This document shows positions 46,814-56,555 of a stretch of DNA of 64,000 bases, piece after piece. Numbering within the stretch: position 1 is the first letter of the stretch; every line of letters starts with the position of its first letter. This DNA comes from Thermodesulfobacteriota bacterium (GTDB lineage: Bacteria; Desulfobacterota_D; UBA1144; Nemesobacterales; Nemesobacteraceae). Under the pieces are notes generated by a model that worked only from the letters and a program-made list of their open reading frames with translations, did not search any database and had not been told where the DNA came from. The stretch covers positions 608,001 to 672,000 of the forward strand of contig OZ241855.1 in assembly GCA_965202785.1 (NCBI GenBank), given 5' to 3'. The translations under genes were made by a program, and so were the position numbers.

Positions 46814-48138
46814 GCGAGAAACTGAGAAAGGACGCGAGAGAGCTTTTTGACCAGGCGCTGAGAGAAGCCGACCCGGGAAAATGCGTCCTGGAGCATATTA
46901 AGCTCAAGGGCAGACAACTCAAGGTCGGAGGGAAGAGCTTTGATCTCTCCGATTTCGAGTCGGTGTACGTCGTGGCCTTCGGAAAGGCCGCGTCCTCCAT
47001 GGCCGCGGCGCTTGAGGAGCTTCTCGGAGAGCGGATAACCGGGGGAATCGTGGTATCGAACGTCCGTTCCGAGCAGGCTTTTCAGAAAATGGATTTTCAT
47101 CTCTCCTCCCACCCGGTACCGGATGAAAAAAGCGTCGAGGCGGCAAAAAAAGCAGTCTCCCTTCTCGAAAGATCAGGAGAGAAGGATCTCGTGATCTTCC
47201 TTATATCGGGAGGCGGAAGCTCGATACTCGCGATGCCAAGTGAAGGGCTCACCATAGGGGATAAAAGAGCGGTGACCCAGAGGCTGATGCTGAGCGGGGT
47301 CGACACCTACGGCCTTAACACCGTGAGGAAGAAAATGTCGCAGACAAAAGGAGGAGGACTTCTTAAAAAAGCCCTGCCCTCGCGGGTCATCACGCTGATT
47401 CTCTCGGACGTCGTGGGCGACCGGCTTGAATTCATAGCTTCGGGACCCACGGTTCCCGACACTACGACCTACGAGGACGCGTGGCGGGTCATAGAGGCGC
47501 TTGAGCTTGAGCACAAAATCCCCCCGAGGGTGGTGGTGCATCTTGAGAGAGGCAGGGGAAATAACACTTCTCCAACGATGGACCGCGAGCAGTACGAACG
47601 GAGCGGAGCCACCACGGTTGTCGTCGGAAACAATCACAAAGCAATAATCTCGATGGAGAAGATGGCGAAGAAAATGGGATACAACACGCTTTTTCTCTCT
47701 TCACAGATATCCGGAGAGGCGAGGGAAGTAGCCAAGGTGCTCGCGGGAATCTCCTTTGACGTAAAAAGGTTCGGGAGGCCGGTTAAGAAACCCGCCTGCA
47801 TACTTTTCGGGGGAGAGACAACCGTTAACGTAACGGGGCGGGGCCGCGGCGGGCGCAACACCGAGACCGCCCTTTCCTTCTGCTTTGAGATAATAGGAAG
47901 CAGTGGAATCGTGGGGCTTTTCGCCGGAACTGACGGAATAGACGGTCCCACAGACGCCGCCGGGGCAATATGCGACGGGGAATCACGCCTGATAGCAAGA
48001 TCCATGGGTATAAGCGCGAGAGACCATCTTGCCGACAACGATTCGTACTCTTTCTTCGAAACCCTGGGCGATCTTATAAAAACCGGAAGCACGGGAACGA
48101 ACGTCATGGACGTGGGAGTGGTTCTGATAGGAGAATGA
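46810..48138 (+). CDS. Type-2 glycerate kinase (DUF4147/MOFRL, GckA/TtuD-like)
   Basis: GKAA, HPVPD, LISGGGS, SDVVGD, IASGPT, GGETTV, GTDGIDG and TGTNVMD. Confidence 0.93.
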   Translation: MSEKLRKDARELFDQALREADPGKCVLEHIKLKGRQLKVGGKSFDLSDFESVYVVAFGKAASSMAAALEELLGERITGGIVVSNVRSEQAFQKMDFHLSSHPVPDEKSVEAAKKAVSLLERSGEKDLVIFLISGGGSSILAMPSEGLTIGDKRAVTQRLMLSGVDTYGLNTVRKKMSQTKGGGLLKKALPSRVITLILSDVVGDRLEFIASGPTVPDTTTYEDAWRVIEALELEHKIPPRVVVHLERGRGNNTSPTMDREQYERSGATTVVVGNNHKAIISMEKMAKKMGYNTLFLSSQISGEAREVAKVLAGISFDVKRFGRPVKKPACILFGGETTVNVTGRGRGGRNTETALSFCFEIIGSSGIVGLFAGTDGIDGPTDAAGAICDGESRLIARSMGISARDHLADNDSYSFFETLGDLIKTGSTGTNVMDVGVVLIGE

Positions 48139-48178
48139 AAAGCCATCGGACAGGTGGAACAGGAAAAAACCTCGAACG

Positions 48179-49534
48179 ATGGAAAGTCTGACGAAATCAC
48201 CCCTTCCGAGCAACGAGGAGGCAGAGCGCGCGGTACTGGGTTCTGTGCTCATCGAAAGCAGCTCGATAAACCAGGTCCTGGAAATTCTTATAGCCGAGGA
48301 TTTCTATAACGAAAGCCACTCCAAGATAATGAACTCCATGATAGATCTTGACAGGGAGGGCACCCCCATCGACGTTCTCACCCTGTATGAGTGGATGAGC
48401 TCCAAGGGAACCGTAGAAGAAGTCGGGGGAGCCGCCTACCTCACCTATCTGGTCTCAACCGTTCCCACGGCGGGAAACGTCGCCCATTACGCGAGGATAG
48501 TAAAAGACAAGTCCGTTCTGAGAAAACTGGTGCTCACCGCAACCGACATAGCGCACCGCGGGTACGGAACCGATATCGAGGTTGACGAGTTCCTGGACAG
48601 GGCGGAGCAGTCAATCCTCGATATCGCCCAGAACAAGATAAAGCCAAGCTTCTGGCACTCGAGGGAGCTTGCGCCGGTGGCTATAGACAATATCGAGCAG
48701 CTCTACAAGAAAAAGGAGCTCATAACCGGCATAAGAACCGGCTTTGAGAAACTCGATCACCTGACCTCGGGTCTTCAGAAATCAGACCTCGTGATAATTG
48801 CCGCGCGCCCGGGGGCGGGAAAAACATCGCTCTGCCTTAACATAATAAGCAACGCCGCATTGAACGAAGACCTCTCAGTCGCCATGTTCTCGCTTGAGAT
48901 GACGAAAGAGCAGCTCATGATGAGACTTCTTTCCATAAACTCCAAAGTCAGTTTTTCGGCGATGCGAAGCGGGTACATAAGAGATGATGACCTGGAGAAA
49001 CTGTTTGATTCAGCCGAGAGGTACGCGAGCGCAAGCATCTTCATAGACGATACCCCGGCACTCACGGTACTTGAGATAAGGGCAAAGGCGAGACGGCTGA
49101 AAAAGGACAACCGCCTCGATCTGATCGTGGTCGACTATCTGCAGCTCATGAGAGGCAGTTCGAGAAATGAGACCCGGGAGAGGGAAATAGCGGAGATCTC
49201 GGGCGCCCTGAAGGCGCTTGCCAAGGAACTTGACGTTCCGGTAATAGGAATCTCGCAGCTAAGCCGGCAGACCGAAACCAGAACCGACCGCCGTCCCCAG
49301 CTCTCAGACCTCAGGGAAAGCGGCGCCATAGAACAGGACGCAGACGTAGTGCTTTTCATTCACCGCCAGGACATATACAGAAAAAATCCCGAAGAAAGAG
49401 ATGGTATGGCGGAACTCATAATCGGAAAGCAGAGAAACGGGCCCACGGGCGCGGTGAAGCTGGTGTTTTTGGAGCAAAACGGGGTTCCGAGCTTCGAGAA
49501 TCCTTCGGACGAATTCGAAGAGGGATTTGTCTAG
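48179..49534 (+). CDS. dnaB: Replicative DNA helicase
   Basis: AARPGAGKT, FSLEM, VDYLQL, SQLSR and DLRESGAIEQDAD. Confidence 0.98.
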   Translation: MESLTKSPLPSNEEAERAVLGSVLIESSSINQVLEILIAEDFYNESHSKIMNSMIDLDREGTPIDVLTLYEWMSSKGTVEEVGGAAYLTYLVSTVPTAGNVAHYARIVKDKSVLRKLVLTATDIAHRGYGTDIEVDEFLDRAEQSILDIAQNKIKPSFWHSRELAPVAIDNIEQLYKKKELITGIRTGFEKLDHLTSGLQKSDLVIIAARPGAGKTSLCLNIISNAALNEDLSVAMFSLEMTKEQLMMRLLSINSKVSFSAMRSGYIRDDDLEKLFDSAERYASASIFIDDTPALTVLEIRAKARRLKKDNRLDLIVVDYLQLMRGSSRNETREREIAEISGALKALAKELDVPVIGISQLSRQTETRTDRRPQLSDLRESGAIEQDADVVLFIHRQDIYRKNPEERDGMAELIIGKQRNGPTGAVKLVFLEQNGVPSFENPSDEFEEGFV

Positions 49535-50163
49535 ACTATGAAGGGCTTTACGACCGCCTTGGATTTTGACTCCTCAAGGTAGAGGGCGGGGGAGCGCTGC
49601 CAGGCGACGAATTTTTCGTGGATTTCCGCGAATTTTTGCCTGACCGAGGTCCAGTGAAAATCCCAGTCGTAGTTCTTCGGTCTGTCTGAAAAAAACATTT
49701 CGGAGAATATGGCGCTTTGCTCCGGAAGTCCCTTCTCCGCAATCCAGCCCGTTCTCACGTTCGCGTAGCCGCTGGCAAACCCCATAGCCAGCGTTCCCTC
49801 GAGGCCGAGTCTCAGCGCCGCCGCGTTCACAAGCTCGACATAGACATAGAGGGCTTCTGTCGTGCGGTAGTTCTTCTCCGGGAACTTTTCCCGGAACTCG
49901 CGCAGGTTCCCCACGAGATACATCGGATAATAGGTAGGAGAGTAAACCGAAACGGATTTCGTCGCACTCCCAAGCGGCTCGCGCGTTATCGTTTCCCCGG
50001 AGATTGTCCCGAGCATGAAATCATCCCCGCAGTAATCCCCCGTATCCCCGCAAAGAGCCAGGGAAACCCTTATTTTCTCCCATTCCTCTCTGGCGATCTC
50101 GCTCGCCCGCTCTATCTTGCTGGCTGTCTCGTCGGCTAAAACAAGTTCTTCAAGTGAAGGCAT
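49531..50163 (-). CDS. Hypothetical protein
   Basis: 210-aa ORF with GGAG RBS and protein-like composition; no family recognised. Confidence 0.75.
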   Translation of the reverse strand: MPSLEELVLADETASKIERASEIAREEWEKIRVSLALCGDTGDYCGDDFMLGTISGETITREPLGSATKSVSVYSPTYYPMYLVGNLREFREKFPEKNYRTTEALYVYVELVNAAALRLGLEGTLAMGFASGYANVRTGWIAEKGLPEQSAIFSEMFFSDRPKNYDWDFHWTSVRQKFAEIHEKFVAWQRSPALYLEESKSKAVVKPFIV

Positions 50164-50225
50164 CTCGAACGAAAATTCTCCTCCGCTTCAATATACATAT
50201 ACCGGGGGATTTATCAAAAAAACGC

Positions 50226-50609
50226 CTAAGGCAAAAACCTTTCCCTCTCCTCGGCGGACGGCACGCGGCATGCGTCCCGTTTTCCGAAAATACTGTAGCG
50301 GTTCCTCGATACAATTCCGTAAAAATAGTCTTTTACAGGACGGGGGACACAGATCAGGAGTGCGGGAAGTGTCCAGAGACCTCCAAGCCTTCTGAGAACC
50401 AGCAGAACTGCGTCAGCTCCCTCGTAAACCCCTTCTTCATCAGCGTAGGCTATCTTCCAATCGCGCGGGGGTTCGTCCTGATACAGTGAGAACTCAACGG
50501 CTGTCTTTCCTTGCACGGGGGAAAAGAGTATTTCCCGGCGGCTGTCCGTACGGATGACGAAATCAACAAACCTGTTGCATCCCCCGCACACGCCGTCAAA
50601 AAAAATCAC
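50226..50609 (-). CDS. DCC1-like thiol-disulfide oxidoreductase (DUF393)
   Basis: FDGVCGGC, RNRYSIFG and C-terminal RFL; start uncertain. Confidence 0.88.
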   Translation of the reverse strand: MIFFDGVCGGCNRFVDFVIRTDSRREILFSPVQGKTAVEFSLYQDEPPRDWKIAYADEEGVYEGADAVLLVLRRLGGLWTLPALLICVPRPVKDYFYGIVSRNRYSIFGKRDACRVPSAEERERFLP

Positions 50610-50643
50610 AGGTTTTTCTGATCCCGGAATTTCTGTCTCCCGT

Positions 50644-51117
50644 TTACGTAAGCTCCCGTATCAGGGTTTCGTGCTGGGGAAATCTCAGCAGAAGATTCTC
50701 CTGCACGCCCAGTTCGAAATCCTCAAACTCAAACCCGGGGGCCATCGTAGTTCCCATAAAAGCGTATCCGTACTCTCCCTCCACCACCATCGCACCCTGC
50801 CAGGTTCCCTTGGGAACCACGAGCTGGGTCCTCTGGCCGGAGGGAAGATTGTCGCCCATGAACACTATCCTCGACTCTCCAGTAGGATAGAGAAGCAGCA
50901 TCTGGACGGGATCGCCGAAGTAAAAATGAAAAATCTCGTCCGAATTCACTCTGTGCATCTTGGAATTCGCCTCTGAGGTTATAAGGTAGAAAATAGCAGT
51001 TGAAAGATTACGGTCTTCTCCGGCCATTTCATCGCTTCTGTAAGTTTCCTTGTAGTATCCTCCCTCGCCGGGAAGCTTTTTCAGACCGAGTCTCTGTATA
51101 AGGTGATCGGCTCTCAT
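50644..51117 (-). CDS. Cupin_5 (DUF985) family protein
   Basis: EGGYYKETYRS, TAIFYL, HRVNSDE.FHFY.G and PGFEFEDF. Confidence 0.9.
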   Translation of the reverse strand: MRADHLIQRLGLKKLPGEGGYYKETYRSDEMAGEDRNLSTAIFYLITSEANSKMHRVNSDEIFHFYFGDPVQMLLLYPTGESRIVFMGDNLPSGQRTQLVVPKGTWQGAMVVEGEYGYAFMGTTMAPGFEFEDFELGVQENLLLRFPQHETLIRELT

Positions 51118-51210
51118 GGATTTTCCTCCAGCAAAATTGTTAAAATCAAAGCAGCAATATAATATAATACGTCAGGACAATTTAACCATACAAAAACGGG
51201 GGATATTAAA

Positions 51211-51612
51211 ATGTCAGAAGAAGACACAAAGCCGCAAGAGGGAACAGAGTCGGAAGAGGGAGTAGAGGACAACTTCATGAACTCCATAAACATGGCCTTT
51301 AACCTCGGGGTAGCGGCCCACCAGGAGTCCGGTCAGTCAAAAAGCGTCGTAGAGATCGCGACCGAAATGGGGAACCAGATATACCAGAATTTCGCACAGG
51401 CATACGGCGGCGAGATAAACGAGTCCTTTCTCAAGGCAAACACCGAATACTTTCTCCAGATAGCGCTTATGGGATACATAATCCCGGGAGTGTGCGCCTT
51501 TGACAACGACTTTAAGCAGAGACTGTTTGATCTTGTCTACGCCAGAGCCAGGCAGAACCAGCAGAGACAAAGCGAAGGGGGATCCCAGGGCGGAAGCAGG
51601 ATAATAACCTGA
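51211..51612 (+). CDS. Hypothetical protein
   Basis: 133-aa ORF with GGGGG RBS and acidic N-terminus; no family recognised. Confidence 0.75.
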   Translation: MSEEDTKPQEGTESEEGVEDNFMNSINMAFNLGVAAHQESGQSKSVVEIATEMGNQIYQNFAQAYGGEINESFLKANTEYFLQIALMGYIIPGVCAFDNDFKQRLFDLVYARARQNQQRQSEGGSQGGSRIIT

Positions 51613-51634
51613 GTACGCCTGCGGCCCGAGGCTC

Positions 51635-52756
51635 ATGAAAAAAGTTCTAGGCGGCAGGGAAAAAGTAAAAGTTGCGGTTGCCCAGACGGCTCCCGTGTTC
51701 ATGGACAAGGAACAGACCCTTGAGAAGGCCTGTCGCGTGATAAGGGAAGCGGGAGATAACGGGGCGGAACTTATCGCATTCCCCGAGGCATTCATACCAG
51801 GCTACCCGGCCTACTACACAGTCGGCTACGAAACCCCGCCGCACGACTGGACGGATTTCATGATCGCGCTTCAGGATAACTCCATAGTGATTCCCGGAGA
51901 TGACACCGAAATGCTCGCGGAGGCCGCCCGCGCGGCTGACGCTCACGTGGTGATAGGCTGCAACGAGCTTGACGACCGTAAGGGAAGCCGCACCGTTTAC
52001 AACTCCCTTCTTTTTATATCGCGCGAAGGCAAGGTGCTCGGCAGGCACAGAAAGCTCATGCCCACCTACACAGAAAGAACCTACTGGGGCCAGGGGGACG
52101 GGAGCGACATAACCACCTACGACACCGACATAGGAAGAATAGGGGGACTTGTTTGCTGGGAAAATCACATGGTTCTCGTAAGGGCCGCGATGGTTCACAG
52201 CGGACAGGACTTCCACGTGGCGGTGTGGCCGGGGAACTGGAGGAGAGGAGATGATAAGCTGCTTGCCGCCGAAACGGAAGATCCCGGGGCGGGATGCACG
52301 GTGCAGTCGCTCATAAGGGTTCACGCGTTTGAATCGGGGGCGTTCGTGCTAAGCGCCTGCGGTTATCTTGACGACGATGATTTCCCGGAAAGATGGCACT
52401 ACGTGCGCGACGGCAACCACATGAATTACGACTGGGCCAGGGGAGGAAGCTCCATCGTCAACCCGGCCGGCAGATATCTTTTTGAACCCCACTTCGAAAA
52501 GGACGCGATACTCTACGCCGACTGCTACGCAAACCAGATAAAGGCGGTAAAGGCTGTGTTCGACTCTCTGGGACACTATTCAAGGTGGGACGTGGCCAAA
52601 CTTCTCATCGACAGGGAAAAACGGGAACCCGTTGCGGAAAAACCCACGGCACCTCGAATATCCTCCCGGGAAATAAAAAGAATCTCAGACGAGTACGGGG
52701 TTTCCGAGGACAAGCTTGAAGCAATTGCAGAAGAGCTTAAAAGACTTTTTAACTGA
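51635..52756 (+). CDS. Nitrilase (carbon-nitrogen hydrolase)
   Basis: Catalytic triad FPEAF, HRKLMPT and CWEN; D..GHYSR. Confidence 0.92.
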   Translation: MKKVLGGREKVKVAVAQTAPVFMDKEQTLEKACRVIREAGDNGAELIAFPEAFIPGYPAYYTVGYETPPHDWTDFMIALQDNSIVIPGDDTEMLAEAARAADAHVVIGCNELDDRKGSRTVYNSLLFISREGKVLGRHRKLMPTYTERTYWGQGDGSDITTYDTDIGRIGGLVCWENHMVLVRAAMVHSGQDFHVAVWPGNWRRGDDKLLAAETEDPGAGCTVQSLIRVHAFESGAFVLSACGYLDDDDFPERWHYVRDGNHMNYDWARGGSSIVNPAGRYLFEPHFEKDAILYADCYANQIKAVKAVFDSLGHYSRWDVAKLLIDREKREPVAEKPTAPRISSREIKRISDEYGVSEDKLEAIAEELKRLFN

Positions 52757-53003
52757 GAATAAAAATCCTGACTTCAACGGTTTAGTCCGAAGGTTAATTC
52801 ACGGCGGGCTTCGTCATCGGGGAATATAACCCCGCAGGGCCTTTCCTCACCGAGAGAAAGCACGCAACGGGGGTATATTCAGAAACCGGCAACCATCCTC
52901 CGGACCCGCCAGAGTCTTCCGCCGAACCGCCATTCCCCCACATCACGAAAAGACCGCTTTCTGGCGACACTGCGGAAAGAGCGAAAAGACAAGGGGTCGG
53001 AAG

Positions 53004-53729
53004 CTAATCTTCTCTTATCGGAACGGCGACTACCTGCTGGTATTTATCCAAAGGGTTCTGGAAGAGTTGCTTTGCGTCCGCATAGTTCAGCTGGATGTCC
53101 GGGTAGTCCGAGTAACCCGTGCAGGTATACAGTCCGGACGCCACGACCTCGATCCGCCCGCTGGTCTGCGGATTAAAGAGCTCCAGTTTTTTGGTGCGGA
53201 ATTTCGAGTTCCTGCAAACATTGGCTCTTCCGGCCGCTGGCTGGTCCTCTTTGCTCGGAACTCCGACCTGGGCGACGGTGCCGACGTAATGGAACGGTAC
53301 CTTCCTTTGTTCCGACAGTTCCCGAAGAGCCGCGGCAAGATCTTTGGAAGCACATTCCTTGGCGGCTGCAACCCTTGCTTTTGTAGATTCTCCGGTGATT
53401 GGAGCGCAAAGGTCGTTTTCAAGCACTTCTGCGAGACGCGGATCGTCAAAGGAGAAAATTTTCTTGCCGGCAAGCCAGACCATGAGAGCATCCTTCAAGG
53501 CGTCTTCGGAGAACATCCCCTCTAGCAACTCTTCATGGCCGACCGCTACTGAGTCGACGTCTACCATCGCATCCGCTACCTTCACATCTCCTTCGGGAAG
53601 CGTCACGCTAAGTGGCCTGGTTCCCGCACATGAAGCCAGAGTGCTGATCAGAAGTCCGAACGCGAAGAAGATCGAAACGATCCTGACATAATGCCTAGCC
53701 CTACCAAGTTTTTCTCTAAAACCGTACAT
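53004..53729 (-). CDS. Hypothetical lipoprotein
   Basis: Basic N-terminus, hydrophobic stretch and LAS-C lipobox; AGGAGG RBS. Confidence 0.7.
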   Translation of the reverse strand: MYGFREKLGRARHYVRIVSIFFAFGLLISTLASCAGTRPLSVTLPEGDVKVADAMVDVDSVAVGHEELLEGMFSEDALKDALMVWLAGKKIFSFDDPRLAEVLENDLCAPITGESTKARVAAAKECASKDLAAALRELSEQRKVPFHYVGTVAQVGVPSKEDQPAAGRANVCRNSKFRTKKLELFNPQTSGRIEVVASGLYTCTGYSDYPDIQLNYADAKQLFQNPLDKYQQVVAVPIRED

Positions 53730-53864
53730 ATTCTCCCTCCTATATTGAGATCATCCATCATATATTGTTTAAATGGTAATTCCCCCTACAACTCCATCAT
53801 ATTGCTAAGGAATTATTCTTTTAAGTTGACAAATTGCCGACGTTAATTGAACAGCGTAGTGGTG

Positions 53865-53894
53865 ATTTTATCTTCCTGCTTAATTGCTTGTCAA
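53865..53894 (-). promoter_or_regulatory. Sigma70-type promoter of the lipoprotein gene
   Basis: TTGACA-N18-TAAAAT. Confidence 0.6.
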
Positions 53895-54168
53895 GTAAAC
53901 ATTAAGTTATTTCAGGGTAATACGAAACGTTCAGTCCTAGCAAACCACCTCCTGCCCCACTCGGGTGAATGCAACTCTCAAACCTCCCCAACATCAATTC
54001 AGCAGATGAATTACCTGCTTCCACGGGAAGCAAGGATGGTTCTTGCAATTTAAAGCACTGCACTACGGGTTCGAGGAAGCGATGCAGGGTCTGGAGGACC
54101 TGTAAACTTAAGTCTGCAACCCCGCCGTTCTGTTTTTCCGCCCAACTTCGAGCGGAACCTGTTTGTCC

Positions 54169-55140
54169 TTATGTCCCGGTCATTATGTCAGAGAGTTCAA
54201 GAACCTGTTTTTCCGCATGGTAAGAGCTTCTGACGAGCGGCCCCGCTTCCACATGCGGGATACCTATTATTTTCTCTCCGTAGTCTTTAAGAGATTCGAA
54301 CTCGACGGGATGGTAGAACCTTGATACCGGTATATGGTCGATAGTGGGCTGCAGATACTGTCCTATGGTAACTATGTCGCAGCCGGCGCGCTTGAGGTCC
54401 TTAAGAGTTTCGACGATTTCTTCGAAACTCTCCCCGAGACCAACCATAATGCCTGACTTGGTAAGCATCCCTGGCCTTCCCATCCTCGCGGACAGCGAAA
54501 GAAGTTCAAGAGATCTGCCGTAGACCGCCTGCGGCCTCACGGATCTCGTTCTCCCTGACTGAGTTTTCTGGGGAAGCGAGTAGAGTCTCGGAACGGTTTC
54601 AATATTATGGTTCAAAACGTCGGGAGATGACGCTATCACTTTGTGAATCGCCTCGTGTTCCCCCTTGAAATCCGGGATCAGAACTTCGATCTTTACCCCC
54701 GGGGATGTCTTTTTTACCTCGTTTACGGTCTGTGCGAAGATACAGGCGCTTTCGTAGTTTCTGTCATCCCTGTTTACCGAAGTTATAACTACGTGCGTGA
54801 CCCGTGCGTTGTTTTTCTGAAGCTCCGCGACCGCCGCAGCCACCCTGGCGGGTTCTTCCCAGTCGAGCTCGCCGCCCTTTCCCGTTTTCACGTGGCAGAA
54901 GCCGCAACTTCTCGTGCAGACGTCCCCCAGAATCATGAAAGTGAGCGTTCCGGCCCCCCAGCATTCCCCTATGTTTGGGCACTTCGCCTCCTCACACACG
55001 GTGTGAAGGCCAAATTCGCGCACCAAGCTTCTAAGCTTGGTATAATTCGGACCGCTCGGGATTTTTGCCTTTATCCATTCGGGTTTTCTGCGAGTCCCCG
55101 TACGGACTGGCATCCGGGTTTCAGTGGTGGCGGATCTCAT
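54169..55140 (-). CDS. lipA: Lipoyl synthase
   Basis: CEEAKCPNIGEC, CTRSCGFC and VRSSYHA. Confidence 0.98.
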   Translation of the reverse strand: MRSATTETRMPVRTGTRRKPEWIKAKIPSGPNYTKLRSLVREFGLHTVCEEAKCPNIGECWGAGTLTFMILGDVCTRSCGFCHVKTGKGGELDWEEPARVAAAVAELQKNNARVTHVVITSVNRDDRNYESACIFAQTVNEVKKTSPGVKIEVLIPDFKGEHEAIHKVIASSPDVLNHNIETVPRLYSLPQKTQSGRTRSVRPQAVYGRSLELLSLSARMGRPGMLTKSGIMVGLGESFEEIVETLKDLKRAGCDIVTIGQYLQPTIDHIPVSRFYHPVEFESLKDYGEKIIGIPHVEAGPLVRSSYHAEKQVLELSDIMTGT

Positions 55141-55502
55141 TTCGGCGTCTTGAATACATCATGGGAAGAAGGCCGCTCCTGGTAGCCGGCAGGCTTGTTC
55201 TGCAGAAGCTCCACCTCTAGCTTCCCGATTTTTTTCTCGAGATCCTTCACGGTTTCCCTGCTTTGTCTCAACTCGGACTTTGTGGAACGGCCTCTGGCAA
55301 AAGTCAGCAGAAAAAAGACAAAGGCACCCAGAAGAAACGAAGCTCCTATTATCCCGGCATTGTAAACCGCCCCAATATACTTAAAAGAGAAAAAACCCAG
55401 CTCGACTCTGAACACCTGCGTGGCTATCTCAAGGTTCTGAATGAAGAAGAGGGCTACAAAACAGCATATAACGAGGAGAAAAAATCTTTTTACGTGTTTC
55501 AT
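55137..55502 (-). CDS. LapA-like membrane protein
   Basis: F..QN motif, two TM helices and a coiled coil; start ATG 55502; typical position after rpsA/sppA. Confidence 0.7.
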   Translation of the reverse strand: MKHVKRFFLLVICCFVALFFIQNLEIATQVFRVELGFFSFKYIGAVYNAGIIGASFLLGAFVFFLLTFARGRSTKSELRQSRETVKDLEKKIGKLEVELLQNKPAGYQERPSSHDVFKTPK

Positions 55503-55644
55503 CGGTTGTTTGAAAAACGGTTTTGCTAAACCGGCGTGACCCGCCAAGCGGTACTGTATTGTAGAATATCGGTTTTTGGGGAAAATACCAGCCACATCAA
55601 CCCGCTAAACACGTACTGTAAAACGAAGATTGGGAAAACCCCGG

Positions 55645-56544
55645 CTAGTAAACCACGTCGGCTATATAGTAGAGACCGAACCCGGTTCTCACAGGGGAAA
55701 CAAAAGCCACGCGCTCAGAAAGGGTTTCGGGGAAAACGAAATCAAGCAGCGTTTTTTTCTTGATGGGATACTCCCTGATCCACGAATCCTCATCCAGACC
55801 CCCCAGCTCTCTCGCCTCGGCAATCGCGGTCTCAAGAGTCCCGATGCGGTCAATCAGGCCAAGCTCCCTCGCCTGGCTCCCGATGAAAATCTTTCCGTCA
55901 GAAAGCGAAGCGACTTTCTCCGGGGGCAGATTCCTTCTTTCGGAGATCATGTCTTTGAACTGGGAGTGGGCCCCGTCTATAATAGTCTGCAGGTAAGCCT
56001 TTTCCGCCTCGGGCATTTTGCGAAACGGCGAGCCGATATCCTTAAACTCCCCGCTCTTTATCACTTCGACCTCCACCTTCGCCCACTCAAGCAGCTGCTC
56101 GTAGCTTGCAAACTGCGCTATCACGCCGATGCTGCCGGTCACGGTGCCGGGATTGGCATAAATCGTGGCCGCCGCGCAGGCGATATAGTAACCGCCCGAG
56201 GCGGCAACCGTTCCCATGCTGGCCACAACCGGCATTGCTTCGCCTAGACTTCTGAGTTCCTCGTACACTTCCTGGGAGGCCGCGACCGATCCTCCCGGGG
56301 AATTTACCCTTACCACAACAGCCTTTACGGAATCGGTTTCGCGTATCTTCCTTACGCTTTTAATGTATGGGTCGGGGTCGATTATGATGCCGTCGATGTT
56401 TACCACCGCCACCCCGTCCCCGCCGGGGTTCTGGCCATGATCGGAGATCAGTACTCCTATGAGAACTCCCACAAAACCGATAAGGAAGATGACCAGAAGT
56501 GATAGGAAGGTCTTAAGAAAGAAATTCAGGTCGGGAACTCTCAC
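55645..56544 (-). CDS. sppA: Signal peptide peptidase (short SppA)
   Basis: VNSPGG, AASGGYY, TGSIGV and KSGEFKD. Confidence 0.95.
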   Translation of the reverse strand: MRVPDLNFFLKTFLSLLVIFLIGFVGVLIGVLISDHGQNPGGDGVAVVNIDGIIIDPDPYIKSVRKIRETDSVKAVVVRVNSPGGSVAASQEVYEELRSLGEAMPVVASMGTVAASGGYYIACAAATIYANPGTVTGSIGVIAQFASYEQLLEWAKVEVEVIKSGEFKDIGSPFRKMPEAEKAYLQTIIDGAHSQFKDMISERRNLPPEKVASLSDGKIFIGSQARELGLIDRIGTLETAIAEARELGGLDEDSWIREYPIKKKTLLDFVFPETLSERVAFVSPVRTGFGLYYIADVVY

Positions 56545-56555
56545 TTTGCCACCCC

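Noticed and set aside
48179-49534. Intein in dnaB
   Set aside because: Normal length (451 aa) with continuous motifs.
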